The position numbers were made by a program, and so were the translations under genes. 64,000 nucleotides of DNA. It comes from Alphaproteobacteria bacterium RIFCSPLOWO2_01_FULL_40_26 (GTDB lineage: Bacteria > Pseudomonadota > Alphaproteobacteria > Rickettsiales > UBA1997). The stretch lies in NCBI GenBank assembly GCA_001767955.1, contig MEMO01000021.1:8344-72343 (forward strand), read 5' to 3'. Positions 1 to 9,618 of this stretch are shown in pieces. The notes below the pieces were generated by a model. The model was not told where the DNA came from and ran no database searches. It was given only the letters and a program-made list of their open reading frames with translations. Each line of letters starts with the position of its first letter. Positions within the stretch are counted from its first letter, which is position 1.

Positions 1-901
1 TTTTTAGCGCATTTTCTGATGTGCCGCAGGTGATTATAACATCACATGAGAAATTTTTTAGCATCTTTGCCGCTGAAATTTTTGTGATCATACCTCCAGT
101 TCCAACCAAAGAACCAGCACTTCCAGCCATATTTTCAATTTCCTTGGTAATTTCAAAAACTTCCGTGATCAGATTAGAGCCTGTATTCAAACCCACCACA
201 TTTCGCTTTTGCCCAAATTTTGGCTCGTTTTTTGGCAAAATTTTTTGCAGTATGCCAGATACAGCGGCAAAATTTTGCCAAAAAGTCGCACAAAATTTGG
301 ACAAAATCGAAACGCGCTGGGTTTGAATACAGGCTCTGGCATTTTTGTGAGTTCTGGGATTTTTTTCATAAAGCCCATCGATATCGGAAAACAGAATAAG
401 CAAATCAGCATCAGCCATTTGCGCCACGCGCGCAGCGAGACGATCATTATCTCCAATTCTGATTTCATCGACCGCCACCGAATCATTTTCATTGATGATT
501 GGAATTACCGAATTCTTCAGCAAGGTTTCAACGGTATTTTTGCAGTTGAGATAGCGATCACGCACATTGCAATCAGAAGCGGTGAGAAGAATTTGTGCCG
601 CCTGCAATTTCTGCCTGAAAAAAAAATCGCGATAAAAACCCATGAGATGGATTTGCCCAATCGCTGCCGCCGCCTGTTTTTCTTCCAAAGAAAGTTTTTT
701 GTTTACTGTTTTTAAAGCTTGACGTCCCAGGGCAATTGCTCCCGAAGAAACAATGATGATCTGAAAATTTTTTTTCACCAAATCGGCAATATTTGCGGTA
801 AAATTTTTCAGCCATTTTTCGCGCAATTTTCCTTCCGAAACCAAAAGCGATGAACCGATTTTTATGACCAGTTTTTTTTTCTCTTTGAGATCAAATTTCA
901 T
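1..901 (-). CDS. proB: Glutamate 5-kinase ProB; its C-terminal end runs off the window start; contains an in-frame 162-nt palindromic-element insertion
   Basis: Manual translation from ATG 901-899 (absent from the ORF track because there is no stop in the window): MKFDLKEKKKLVIKIGSSLL..IIVSSGAIALG..INENDSVAVDEIRIGDNDRLAARVA..GTGGMITKISAA. The frame stays open down to nt 2. Confidence 0.8.
   Translation of the reverse strand, partial: MKFDLKEKKKLVIKIGSSLLVSEGKLREKWLKNFTANIADLVKKNFQIIIVSSGAIALGRQALKTVNKKLSLEEKQAAAAIGQIHLMGFYRDFFFRQKLQAAQILLTASDCNVRDRYLNCKNTVETLLKNSVIPIINENDSVAVDEIRIGDNDRLAARVAQMADADLLILFSDIDGLYEKNPRTHKNARACIQTQRVSILSKFCATFWQNFAAVSGILQKILPKNEPKFGQKRNVVGLNTGSNLITEVFEITKEIENMAGSAGSLVGTGGMITKISAAKMLKNFSCDVIITCGTSENALK
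177..336. mobile_element. 160-bp palindromic MITE-like element, family A copy A1 (inside proB)
   Basis: Termini GAGCCTGTATTCAAACCC / GGGTTTGAATACAGGCTC. Its reverse complement matches 19991-20150 with only a few mismatches. Confidence 0.85.
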
Positions 902-1932
902 CGTTTTAATCCTTTTTGCTCACGAGCGCGGCGTATTTCTTCGCGATAAACAATATTTTCAAGTAATGGCAATGGATATGATGAAAATGATCCTTGGCCC
1001 TTTAAAACATAAATTCCGACAGTGCGATTTACTTGCTGCTGCATGCCATCTTTAGTAATGATATCTGGAAAATCTTCGCCAACTGAACGTAATTCAACCA
1101 GATCTTTGGCAACACCATTTTTGATCAGATAATTTTTAATCACATCAGCGCGGTCCAAAGCGATATTCTGGTTGTATAATTCAAGACCAGCGCGGTCTGC
1201 GTTGCCAACCAGTAAAATTCTAAAATCACCATTTAAGGTTTTGAGATATTTTAGAATCTTCACCAACTCTTTGCTGGCACGGTCATTGAGTTTGAAATTG
1301 TTAAAATCGAAAAGAATTTCAAAACGCTCAAATTCCGGCTCTTTGATTTCAACTTTAGGGGTTTTATCTTTTTTGAGGTCATCAATGTAATGCTCGATTT
1401 CATCAAGCAGCTTCACGAAACGTTCACGACATTCGGCAAGTTCACTATTGCGAAAAATTACTTTCGATTCACGCGCAATCCAGCAATCGTAGAGATAAGA
1501 CAAATGGGCGGTTTGAATGGGAAGATAGAACGTCACATGTGAGTTGGAGTGTAAAATATTTTCCAATCTCTTTTGCATCAGAATCATCTCTTCCATTTGC
1601 CCCAAATCAGCTTTCCAACCCATCGGATTTTCTGGTACAAACTCTTCTCCCGCAGCAATTTTTAAACCTTTTTTGGCAAAATAGTCAGAAGCATTTTTAT
1701 CCTTAACCACAAGCAATCTGCGCGAAAAAGACAGATATTCCAAAGCCAAATAGGATTTGTATCCACCTTTGGTTTTAAGCGATAATCCTTCGTTAGATAA
1801 AAGCTGCAGGGACGTGGTGCAGGAGGTGATTACGAGTATGGTGGTTAATGTCAGAATTATTTTCGTGCTTCGTGTAGCCTGCGCTGAACTTGTTTCAGTG
1901 TGCTTCGTGCTTCGTAAATTTTTAAAGAACAT
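898..1932 (-). CDS. OmpA/MotB-domain (peptidoglycan-associated) lipoprotein-like protein
   Basis: C-terminal OmpA-like block LLVGNADRAGLELYNQNIALDRADVIKNYLIKNGV; N-terminal hydrophobic segment ending in Cys (ILVITSC). The stop overlaps the proB start (ATGA). Confidence 0.6.
   Translation of the reverse strand: MFFKNLRSTKHTETSSAQATRSTKIILTLTTILVITSCTTSLQLLSNEGLSLKTKGGYKSYLALEYLSFSRRLLVVKDKNASDYFAKKGLKIAAGEEFVPENPMGWKADLGQMEEMILMQKRLENILHSNSHVTFYLPIQTAHLSYLYDCWIARESKVIFRNSELAECRERFVKLLDEIEHYIDDLKKDKTPKVEIKEPEFERFEILFDFNNFKLNDRASKELVKILKYLKTLNGDFRILLVGNADRAGLELYNQNIALDRADVIKNYLIKNGVAKDLVELRSVGEDFPDIITKDGMQQQVNRTVGIYVLKGQGSFSSYPLPLLENIVYREEIRRAREQKGLKR
1863..1915. repeat. Heptad-arm hairpin repeat, subfamily C' (copy 1), inside the N-terminal coding region of the OmpA-like gene
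   Basis: TCGTGCTTCGTGTAGCCTGCGCTGAACTTGTTTCAGTGTGCTTCGTGCTTCGT is the reverse complement of 18359-18413 with 2 mismatches. Confidence 0.8.
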
Positions 1933-1935
1933 CTA

Positions 1936-3387
1936 TCATGAATTCATTGCCTTAAAAAACTCCTCATTCGTCTTAGTGTGCTCGATTTTTTGAAGCAAGA
2001 ATTCCATTGCCTCAACCGGACTCATTTGATTAACAATTCTGCGCAACATCCAAACTTTTGACAAAGCGGCGCGATCGACCAGGAGCTCTTCTTTTCTGGT
2101 TCCGGATTTAGTGATATCAATGGCCGGGAAAATTCTTTTGTCGGAAATTTTGCGATCCAAAACAATTTCGGAATTGCCGGTGCCTTTGAATTCTTCAAAA
2201 ATCACCTCCTCCATTCTTGAACCGGTATCAACCAGCGCAGTTGCAATTATGGTTAGTGATCCGCCTTCTTCAATATTGCGCGCAGCGCCGAAAAATCTTT
2301 TTGGTTTTTGCAGGGCGTTGGAATCAACACCGCCGGTCAAAACCTTTCCCGATGAAGGAATAACAGTATTGTAAGCGCGAGCAAGACGGGTGATTGAATC
2401 AAGCAGAATCACCACATCCTTTTTTGCTTCAACCAACCGACGCGCTTTTTCGATGACCATTTCAGCAAGCTGAACATGACGTGTTGCCGGTTCATCAAAA
2501 GTTGAACTAACCACTTCGCCTTTAATAGTGCGTAGCATGTCGGTTACTTCTTCCGGACGTTCGTCGATCAATAATACCAACAAAACCACCTCGGGATGAT
2601 TGGTGGTAATGGCATGAGCAATGTTTTGCATCAGGGAAGTTTTACCGGTTTTTGGCGGCGCCACAATTAACGCGCGCTGGCCTTTGCCTAAAGGAGCAAC
2701 CATGTCGATGATGCGGGTGGAAATATCGTTATTCAGCGGCTTGTCTTCTTCCAGCTGCAATTTTTTGTTGGGATAAAGCGGAGTTAAATCATCAAACAAA
2801 ACGCGATTTCTGACTTTTTCGGGAGCGTCAAAATTCACTTCATTAACACGAAGCAGGGCAAAATATCTTTCACCCTTTTTTGGCGCGCGAATTTGGCCTT
2901 TCACGGTGTCGCCGGTTCTTAAAGCAAATCTTTTGATTTGACTTGGTGAAACGTAAATATCGTCTGAACCAGGGAAATAGTTGGTTTCCGGCGCTCTTAA
3001 AAAACCAAAACCATCTTCCAGAACTTCCAAAACACCTTCGCCAATAATGACATTTTCCGGGCTTTGATCAGAAAAACTTTTGAGAATATGATAGATAATA
3101 TCCTGACGACCAAAATCGCCGATATTTTCCAAACCATGCTGTTTAGCGATTTCAATCAGCTGCTCGGCGGATTTTGTTTTTAGGGATTTTAGCTCAAGAG
3201 TTTTACCATTAACGCCGACCTTACGTTCAAAACGCGCATTTTCTTCTTCATCATCAACAGAGGTTTGTTGATGGGTGAAATTTTGTTGACTGCTACGGCT
3301 GATCAGATTTCCGCTATGCAAACGGGAAGATTCATTATTTTCAGGAGTGCCGCTATTATAGCGCAAGGTAAGAGTGTTGGAAGACAT
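1936..3387 (-). CDS. rho: Transcription termination factor Rho (with ~60-aa N-terminal extension)
   Basis: Walker [19 protein letters not shown] and conserved Rho C-terminal blocks ([35 protein letters not shown]). Confidence 0.95.
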   Translation of the reverse strand: MSSNTLTLRYNSGTPENNESSRLHSGNLISRSSQQNFTHQQTSVDDEEENARFERKVGVNGKTLELKSLKTKSAEQLIEIAKQHGLENIGDFGRQDIIYHILKSFSDQSPENVIIGEGVLEVLEDGFGFLRAPETNYFPGSDDIYVSPSQIKRFALRTGDTVKGQIRAPKKGERYFALLRVNEVNFDAPEKVRNRVLFDDLTPLYPNKKLQLEEDKPLNNDISTRIIDMVAPLGKGQRALIVAPPKTGKTSLMQNIAHAITTNHPEVVLLVLLIDERPEEVTDMLRTIKGEVVSSTFDEPATRHVQLAEMVIEKARRLVEAKKDVVILLDSITRLARAYNTVIPSSGKVLTGGVDSNALQKPKRFFGAARNIEEGGSLTIIATALVDTGSRMEEVIFEEFKGTGNSEIVLDRKISDKRIFPAIDITKSGTRKEELLVDRAALSKVWMLRRIVNQMSPVEAMEFLLQKIEHTKTNEEFFKAMNS

Positions 3388-3496
3388 TATGTTTGGAAAA
3401 GTTTAATTTGGATTGGAAGAGAGGAGCTGAAAACTGCTTATGAAAGCTGGCACAAAGAGGCCGCGCTTTGTAAAAAGCATTTTTTGGCCTGTCAAG

Positions 3497-4108
3497 TTAA
3501 AACAAAAAACTTTTAACAAAACTTATCGCTTCAACCCCAAGAATTATGGTTGCAACAGAGATAAAAACACCGGTCATCCCAACTGTCATTCCAAGAATAA
3601 TCACCAAGCCATCCTTGCCAAGCAATCCAAAGGAAATAATCAAAACTCCAAGCCCCGGAATCAGGTTGGAAAAAGGAATTGGCAGCAAAATGAAGCTGGA
3701 AAAAAGCAGAACAAAAAGCCCGATTATTTTTTCGGCGAAAGGAACCGTCATGAAAAGAAGACGTGGCTTTAGAATGCGCTCAACTTTGCGAATTATCGGC
3801 GAGGATTTTTGTACCAACATCGCCAAAACCGATCTCTTGACTGTCATATCACAAAATCTTTTTGGCAATTTGGGAGCGGAATAACCAAAAGTCATCTGCG
3901 CAGAAAATATCAAAAGTGGAATAGCAATCACGCTTGGAAAAGGCGGTGGAAGCGGGACGATAATGCCAAGCGAAAAAATCATCATCGCCAAACCAAAACC
4001 GATTGAATCCATGGCGTCAATCAAATCGCGCAACGGCACACGATCGGAAGATGATTTATTGACAACATCTTCAATTACCTGAGTTGTGATTATTTTTTGT
4101 TGATCCAC
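3497..4108 (-). CDS. ExoD-family (exopolysaccharide synthesis) membrane protein
   Basis: ~200 aa, multi-TM. The N-terminal RVPLRDLIDAMDSIGFGLAMMIFSL..PLPPP pattern is typical of ExoD. Confidence 0.5.
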   Translation of the reverse strand: MDQQKIITTQVIEDVVNKSSSDRVPLRDLIDAMDSIGFGLAMMIFSLGIIVPLPPPFPSVIAIPLLIFSAQMTFGYSAPKLPKRFCDMTVKRSVLAMLVQKSSPIIRKVERILKPRLLFMTVPFAEKIIGLFVLLFSSFILLPIPFSNLIPGLGVLIISFGLLGKDGLVIILGMTVGMTGVFISVATIILGVEAISFVKSFLF

Positions 4109-4142
4109 GGAGATTGGTTGTGAGTTGTGAGTTACGACAACC

Positions 4143-4313
4143 CTATTTTTGTTCCTGTTCAGATTTATCGGATTTTTCCTCTTCCTTCAATCCTTTCCTC
4201 ATACTCTTAATTCCTTTGCCAATATCATTCATAACTTGCGGCAATTTTCCAGCACCGAAAATCACGAAGACAATCAACAAAATTAACAATAATTCACCGA
4301 TACCAACAGACAT
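4143..4313 (-). CDS. tatA: Sec-independent translocase subunit TatA/E
   Basis: MSVGIGELLLILLIVFVIFGAGKLPQVMNDIGKGIKSMRKG; strong AGGAGG Shine-Dalgarno upstream of ATG 4313. The longer ORF-track start is unlikely. Confidence 0.8.
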   Translation of the reverse strand: MSVGIGELLLILLIVFVIFGAGKLPQVMNDIGKGIKSMRKGLKEEEKSDKSEQEQK

Positions 4314-4324
4314 ATTTCCTCCTT

Positions 4325-5260
4325 TTAAGAAATTAATTTTATTAACTCGTCCCACTCTCTGATGCTCAAACCTGATCCTTCTTGCATAACCTCTTCACCT
4401 TTCAACATTTTTTTAATCACCGCCAAAGCTGGGCCAGAGAGGTTTTTGCCGCCTTGCCTGTTTTTGACAAACGCTTCATGGCAATGCGGAACCCATTTTT
4501 TGACAATATCCAAAATCACTTCAGCATAAACGCGGATTTCATATTGCGCATGGGAATCGGCACGCAAACGCAGAAAATGCAAAAGATTGTGCAGATCAAT
4601 TTTCCAATACCATTGCGTGTAGCAATTAAGCGGCAAATTCATGCGCGCCAGCTCGCGCGCCAAACCTTCGTCTTTTTCATCAATCACATTGCCATTTTCA
4701 TCCTGATTAATCATCGCAAGATAATGTCCGTAAGCTTGGGCTGAATCTTTTTTTAGAATTTCCAAAACACGTTTTGATTCCCGCTCGTTCAAAATTTTAT
4801 TTTCGTCACGCCCCTGATGATTCACCTTTGATTGCGCTGATAAAACCTCGGTGCGCGGAATATAAAATTCATCTTCCACGATCGAATAGCGCGCTGAATA
4901 TTCATTGATGGAAGCGGTGCGATGGCGAATCCATTGCCGCGCCACAAAAATCGGCAATTTGATGTGAAATTTGATTTCGCACATTTCAAAAGGCGTGGTG
5001 TGATAATGCGCCATGAGATAGTTGATCAAAGCCTTGTCAGCATTAATTTTTTTTGTTCCGGCGCCATAAGAAACGCGTGCCGCCTGCACCACCGAAGCAT
5101 CATTTCCCATATAATCAACCACGCGCACAAAGCCATGATCGAGAACTTCAAATGGTTGATATAAAATTTTTTCCAATTCTTCTGAAACTGGTCGAAAAGT
5201 TTGATTTGACTGATCGCGCAAAGATAAGATTTCCTCAAGCTGCGATTTTTTTATGACCAT
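4325..5260 (-). CDS. thyX: FAD-dependent thymidylate synthase ThyX
   Basis: ThyX signature [14 protein letters not shown]. Confidence 0.9.
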   Translation of the reverse strand: MVIKKSQLEEILSLRDQSNQTFRPVSEELEKILYQPFEVLDHGFVRVVDYMGNDASVVQAARVSYGAGTKKINADKALINYLMAHYHTTPFEMCEIKFHIKLPIFVARQWIRHRTASINEYSARYSIVEDEFYIPRTEVLSAQSKVNHQGRDENKILNERESKRVLEILKKDSAQAYGHYLAMINQDENGNVIDEKDEGLARELARMNLPLNCYTQWYWKIDLHNLLHFLRLRADSHAQYEIRVYAEVILDIVKKWVPHCHEAFVKNRQGGKNLSGPALAVIKKMLKGEEVMQEGSGLSIREWDELIKLIS

Positions 5261-5267
5261 TAATTAA

Positions 5268-5324
5268 GAATTATGAATTACGAATTGTTATGTTTTAATT
5301 CGTAATTCGTAAATCGTAATTCGT
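5268..5324. repeat. Imperfect palindrome with (ATTCGTA)n heptad arm in the thyX/uvrC divergent intergenic region
   Basis: GAATTATGAATTACGAATT..AATTCGTAATTCGTAAATCGTAATTCG has the same architecture as the family C heptad hairpins but a different heptad. Confidence 0.5.
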
Positions 5325-5710
5325 TTTTCTGATGCCAGTTTCGATTATCCAAAAACGGTTAAATTCAATACCACCCACTACCGGCATCTATCAGTTTTTT
5401 GATGACAAAACCCAACTCCTTTATGTCGGCAAGGCCAAGAATCTGCACAAACGCGTCAGTAGTTATACCAAGGAAAATCTGCTTTCGCCGCGCATTGCCC
5501 GCATGGTTCTTCTCACAAAAAAAATTGAGATAATTCAAACCGAAAATGAGGTGGAAGCGCTTTTGCTTGAGCACAATCTCATCAAAAAATTCCAACCCAA
5601 ATTCAATATTCTGCTGCGCGATGACAAAACCTTCCCACAAATTCTAATCACCAATCACAACTTCCCCCAAATCACCAAATTTCGTTCATTAAGATTGGAT
5701 AATATCGAGG

Positions 5711-5738
5711 CACAAAGCACGAAGCACGAAGCACGAAA
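5711..5738. repeat. Family C heptad arm (AGCACGA)x3 translated in frame inside uvrC
   Basis: CACAAAGCACGAAGCACGAAGCACGAAA encodes ..AQSTKHEARN.. Confidence 0.75.
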
Positions 5739-6460
5739 CCTGCATTTCGGACCATTCGCTTCAGCCCATGATGTCAATTACACCATCGATATTTTACGCA
5801 AAATTTTCCGCCTGCGCAATTGTTCCGATGCCGAATTCAAATCGCGCAAAAAACCATGTTTGGAATATCAAATAAAAAGATGCTATGCGCCATGTGTTGG
5901 CCTGATTTCACAAGAAGAATATGGCAGTGAAGTGCAAAATGCGCTAAATTTTTTAAGCGGAAAATCAGCTAGGTTGCAACATGATCTGACGCAAAAAATG
6001 CAACAATTCAGCGATAATTTTGAATATGAAAAAGCGATGCAAATTCGCGATCAGATCAAAGCATTAAACTCGATTCAAACCAAACAAAACATCAATGTTG
6101 GCGAAACCAAAGATTTCGACATAATCACCATTGCAACGAGTGGTGATATGGTCTGCGTTTATGTTTCATTTTATCGTGGCGGGCAAAATTTTGGAGCAAA
6201 ACCATATTTTTTTGAAAACAAAGATGAAGAAATTCTCAATGAATTTCTTGGTCAGTTTTATTTGTCAAACGCTCCTCCGAGCTTGATTATGATGAATCGC
6301 AAACTTTTGGAAAAAAAGTCGATGGAAGATTTTATAACAAGAATCGCTGGCAAAAAAGTTGAGATAATTTCCCCCAAAAAAGGCGCTAAATTTGAGTTGA
6401 TTACAAATCAGGAAAATATCGCCAGACAAAATCTCGAACAAAAAATTTCACAAAATTTAA

Positions 6461-6620
6461 GAACCTGTCCTGAATCTTTTTTAACCCCAGATTTTAGCAT
6501 GTTTTTAGCGCTTTTTTGACAAAATTACGAAGCGTATCTGGAAATACGGTGAGTAATTTTGTCAAAAAATAAGCAAAAACAGGGTAAAATATGGGGTTAA
6601 AAAAGATTTAGGACAGGTTC
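6461..6620. mobile_element. 160-bp palindromic MITE-like element, family B copy B1 (reverse orientation), interrupting uvrC
   Basis: IRs GAACCTGTCCTGAATCTTTTTTAACCCC / GGGGTTAAAAAAGATTTAGGACAGGTTC, flanked by a TAA direct repeat. The core matches 41077-41236, 49737-49896 and 59547-59706. Confidence 0.9.
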
Positions 6621-7145
6621 TAAGCATAAAAGAATTGCTGCTCGAAGTGAAAAAAATTTTCAGCCTGCCAAAAATTCCACAAAAAATTGAAGTTTATGAC
6701 AATAGCCACATTAGCGGAAGCAATGCGGTTGGCGCTATGATTGCCGCTGGTTTGGAAGGGTTTATCAAAAGTGGATATCGCAAATTCAATATTCGTTTTG
6801 AACACAAAAATCGCGATGACACCGCAATGCTTTATGAAGTTCTAAAAAGAAGATTTTCCAAGCAACATGATGGCCGGCCAGATTTCGTTATTATCGATGG
6901 TGGTTTAACTCAATTAAAGGCGGCACAAGAAATTTTCGACGAGATGAAAATCAAAATCCCTTTTGTCTGCATGTCGAAAGGAAAAAACAGAAATGCCGGA
7001 GAGGAAAATTTTCACATGATTGGAAAACAGTCTTTTACGCTACCAAAACATTCGCCAATAATGCACTATTTACAACGCTTGCGCGACGAGTCTCATCGCT
7101 TCGCCATCATGACTCACAGAAAAAAACGCGGGAAATTCTTATTTC

Positions 7146-8663
7146 TTACTTCTCAATAATCTCATCAACCACCATCTGATATTTACCACCAATCTGTTCT
7201 TCAAACACTTCCAAATGTTCGCCAAACCGGTCGTGAATTTTAAAAATAATTTTTGGGTTTTTGTCGTTTTTATTGACCTTGTACAAATCCCATAATTCAT
7301 AGTGCCGATGCCCGTTTTCATAGGCCACTTCAACTTTGATTTCACTGTCAAAAATAACCTGTAAAATTGTCATCTCCCATTTTTTGCCACGCTTTTGTGC
7401 AATAGCAGAAAGGCTGGTGATATTGGCAAAATCCGGCCCCAAAATATCATCAGTACTGTCGCGTAGAAGATACAAATTAAACGCCAAAGTCAGAGATTTG
7501 TTTTTTACTCTCCAAAGATAAGTGGTTGAAAGATTCTCGATGGTGTTTGCGGCAACATTGTGCTTCAAAAAAAACTTTTCGATTTTTTTGGTCAAATCAG
7601 GATATTTTTTAAAATCTTCGCGCCAGGAAATCTGATGATTGCGACTATCCGCAGCAATAAGGCGCGCATCTTCCGCTACATGTCCGCCTTCAATATTATA
7701 AAAATTCAAACTTCTTTGCCATTTAGTCACATAATTGCGATCAATGATTTTGTTTTTCTCAAAAAACTTTGCTTTGCCCACAAAAACTTTCCCGAGATTT
7801 TTTTTATCATGAATGCCGGTATAGTTTTCCTGCAGAAATTTTTTTAACGATTCTTGCGATTTGATTGAGGTTTTTTGCTGCGCTAATTTCTGCAATTCTT
7901 TGTCTTTCTTGAGTTCATCTGCCACAAAGGCAAAACTTTTTGTGTTTGATCTAACTGCAATTTTGACCAATTTTTTATCAGCCCTGATTTTTGGCGGCGC
8001 AAACTCAAGCAACAGACCATTATCTTCAAAAGCATCAGCTGCAATTTCAGGAATTTCTTTGAGACGATCAGAAGCAAATTTGTAATTGCGCGAGTCAATT
8101 GCAATCATCCGCTTCATGAAAAGTTTATTATCGAGCAAACTCCAACTTGCATATTGCAAAGAATCGCGGCTCAAATAAGTGGCCTTCTCCATAAAAGCCT
8201 GACTGGAGCGTAATTCCGGCGCGGCAAATTTCAAAGTTTCTGGACTAATTTTGAGCAGACGTTCAACAAAAACGGCATCTTCGCGCAAAGAATCATCGGC
8301 ATATTGAAACTGTTCGTAATCAAGCAATACCGCCTTTAAAATCAAAGTGCGGTCACGCCTGAAACATTCCGGCAAATCTTTGATGGCGTTTTGATTTTTC
8401 TTGCCGAGCTCTTCAAGAATTTTGTCGTAATAGCCACTGATATTGTTGCAATAATCCTCAGCAAAAAGGGAAGAACAGCAGAAGAAAAAAACAGCGGTGA
8501 AAATATTGATAAAGATTGTTCTCAAAATCCTGTGTCTTGTTCGTGCTTCGTGCTTCGTGCTTCGTGCTTCGATAATTTTAATCCACGAAGCACGAAGCAC
8601 GATGCACGATGCACGAAATATTCCGGACACAAAATTTTGCTTAATAACCTTGATAAACTTCAT
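7146..8663 (-). CDS. Secreted DUF4116-repeat protein of unknown function
   Basis: Repeated ..L.(Y/F)A...L..D...V..A(V/I).. units (LILKAVLLDYEQFQYADDSLRED, LLLEFAPPKIRADKKLVKIAV). A hydrophobic signal-like segment follows the repeat-encoded N-terminus. The start overlaps the nuoK stop by 1 nt. Confidence 0.5.
   Translation of the reverse strand: MKFIKVIKQNFVSGIFRASCIVLRASWIKIIEARSTKHEARTRHRILRTIFINIFTAVFFFCCSSLFAEDYCNNISGYYDKILEELGKKNQNAIKDLPECFRRDRTLILKAVLLDYEQFQYADDSLREDAVFVERLLKISPETLKFAAPELRSSQAFMEKATYLSRDSLQYASWSLLDNKLFMKRMIAIDSRNYKFASDRLKEIPEIAADAFEDNGLLLEFAPPKIRADKKLVKIAVRSNTKSFAFVADELKKDKELQKLAQQKTSIKSQESLKKFLQENYTGIHDKKNLGKVFVGKAKFFEKNKIIDRNYVTKWQRSLNFYNIEGGHVAEDARLIAADSRNHQISWREDFKKYPDLTKKIEKFFLKHNVAANTIENLSTTYLWRVKNKSLTLAFNLYLLRDSTDDILGPDFANITSLSAIAQKRGKKWEMTILQVIFDSEIKVEVAYENGHRHYELWDLYKVNKNDKNPKIIFKIHDRFGEHLEVFEEQIGGKYQMVVDEIIEK
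8531..8631. repeat. Family C heptad-arm hairpin (full copy C3), translated at the 5' end of the DUF4116 gene
   Basis: TGTGTC..(CTTCGTG)x4..CGATAATTTTAATC..(CACGAAG/CACGATG)x5..GACACA. Confidence 0.85.
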
Positions 8664-8974
8664 CAGCCTTTCATTGAAGAGATGCTTTCGATTTCAATAT
8701 TTTTGCGATTGTTGAAATAAATCACGAGAATAGCCAAGCCAATTGCGGCTTCAGCGCCTGCTACAGTTAAAACAAAAATGGCAAAAATCTGTCCGACTAA
8801 ATCCTGCAGAAAAGAAGAAAATGCTACAAAATTGATGTTGATTGAAAGAAGCATCAACTCAATTGACATCAAAAGCGAAATCACATTTTTGCGATTCAAA
8901 AAAATCCCGCTAACGCCAATGCAAAAAAGCAGAGCAGAAAGAATGATGAAATGATTTAGTTCCAAGCCATTCAT
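8663..8974 (-). CDS. nuoK: NADH-quinone oxidoreductase subunit K
   Basis: ~100 aa, 3 TM; [29 protein letters not shown]. Confidence 0.9.
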   Translation of the reverse strand: MNGLELNHFIILSALLFCIGVSGIFLNRKNVISLLMSIELMLLSININFVAFSSFLQDLVGQIFAIFVLTVAGAEAAIGLAILVIYFNNRKNIEIESISSMKG

Positions 8975-9582
8975 AGATCTATTCCCTCACCGATTTTTAC
9001 TTTAATGATCGAAAGTGAATTTGCCTTATTGCGCATAACCTGATTAGAAATTTTTTGTTTGCGAATGAAGCGAGTTTCGTCTTTCAAAGTCAAAACAATA
9101 GCACCAATCATCGCCACAAACAACACCGCGCCAGCAAGCTGAAATGGTAGCATGAAATCGGTGTAAAGAATATTGCCAATCGCTTTGGTGTTGTGAATTT
9201 CCATCTGTATGGGATAGAGCATTTTCGTTTCATAATGTTTGATAGTGGAAAATTTTGTGATCAGAAAAATTTCACAAAACATCACTGCTCCAATGAGGAT
9301 AAGGATTGGACGCTTGCGATTTACTTCTTCTTTTATCTCGATGTCGATGTTTAGCATCATCACCACAAACAAAAATAAAACTGCAATGGCGCCGACATAG
9401 ACAACGATCAAAAGCATCGCCAAAAATTCTGCACCAAGCAAAACAAAAAGTGCCGCCGCATTTAAAAATGCTAAAACCAAAAACATCACCGCATGCACCA
9501 TATTGCGCGTGCTAACAACCACGATGGAAGAAGAGATGAGGATGAAGGAAAAAATGTAAAAAAGCGTGAGTGTGAAATTCAT
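8971..9582 (-). CDS. nuoJ: NADH-quinone oxidoreductase subunit J
   Basis: 203 aa, multi-TM; position between nuoI and nuoK; [48 protein letters not shown]. Confidence 0.85.
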   Translation of the reverse strand: MNFTLTLFYIFSFILISSSIVVVSTRNMVHAVMFLVLAFLNAAALFVLLGAEFLAMLLIVVYVGAIAVLFLFVVMMLNIDIEIKEEVNRKRPILILIGAVMFCEIFLITKFSTIKHYETKMLYPIQMEIHNTKAIGNILYTDFMLPFQLAGAVLFVAMIGAIVLTLKDETRFIRKQKISNQVMRNKANSLSIIKVKIGEGIDL

Positions 9583-9618
9583 GTTAAGTGCAATTTACCA
9601 AATTAGTTATGCAAAATT

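Larger units (their letters stand above)
5332..7159 (+). pseudogene. uvrC: Excinuclease subunit UvrC, split by a 160-bp element, carrying a heptad-repeat insertion and lacking the C-terminal HhH domain
   Basis: The GIY-YIG N-terminus (GIYQFFDDKTQLLYVGKAKNLHKRV) is in ORF 5332-6519. The nuclease half (IEVYDNSHISG..ESHRFAIMTHRKKR) is in ORF 6635-7159, in another frame. Deleting 6461-6623 rejoins them. Confidence 0.85.

Noticed and set aside
6461-6620. The uvrC interruption as an intron, intein or programmed-frameshift site
   Set aside because: At 160 bp it is far too small for a group I or II intron and has no intein motifs. It is a near-perfect palindrome with a 3-bp target duplication and three sibling copies, which is the signature of a MITE insertion.
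8497-8720. ORFs and protein segments with a repeated HEARSTKHEA / VLRASCFVLRAS motif (also in 45995-46468 and 8391-8720) that look like a novel peptide-repeat domain
   Set aside because: They are translations of the 7-bp-repeat hairpin (family C). That hairpin also occurs in intergenic DNA and in both orientations, so the periodicity is a DNA property and not a protein domain.
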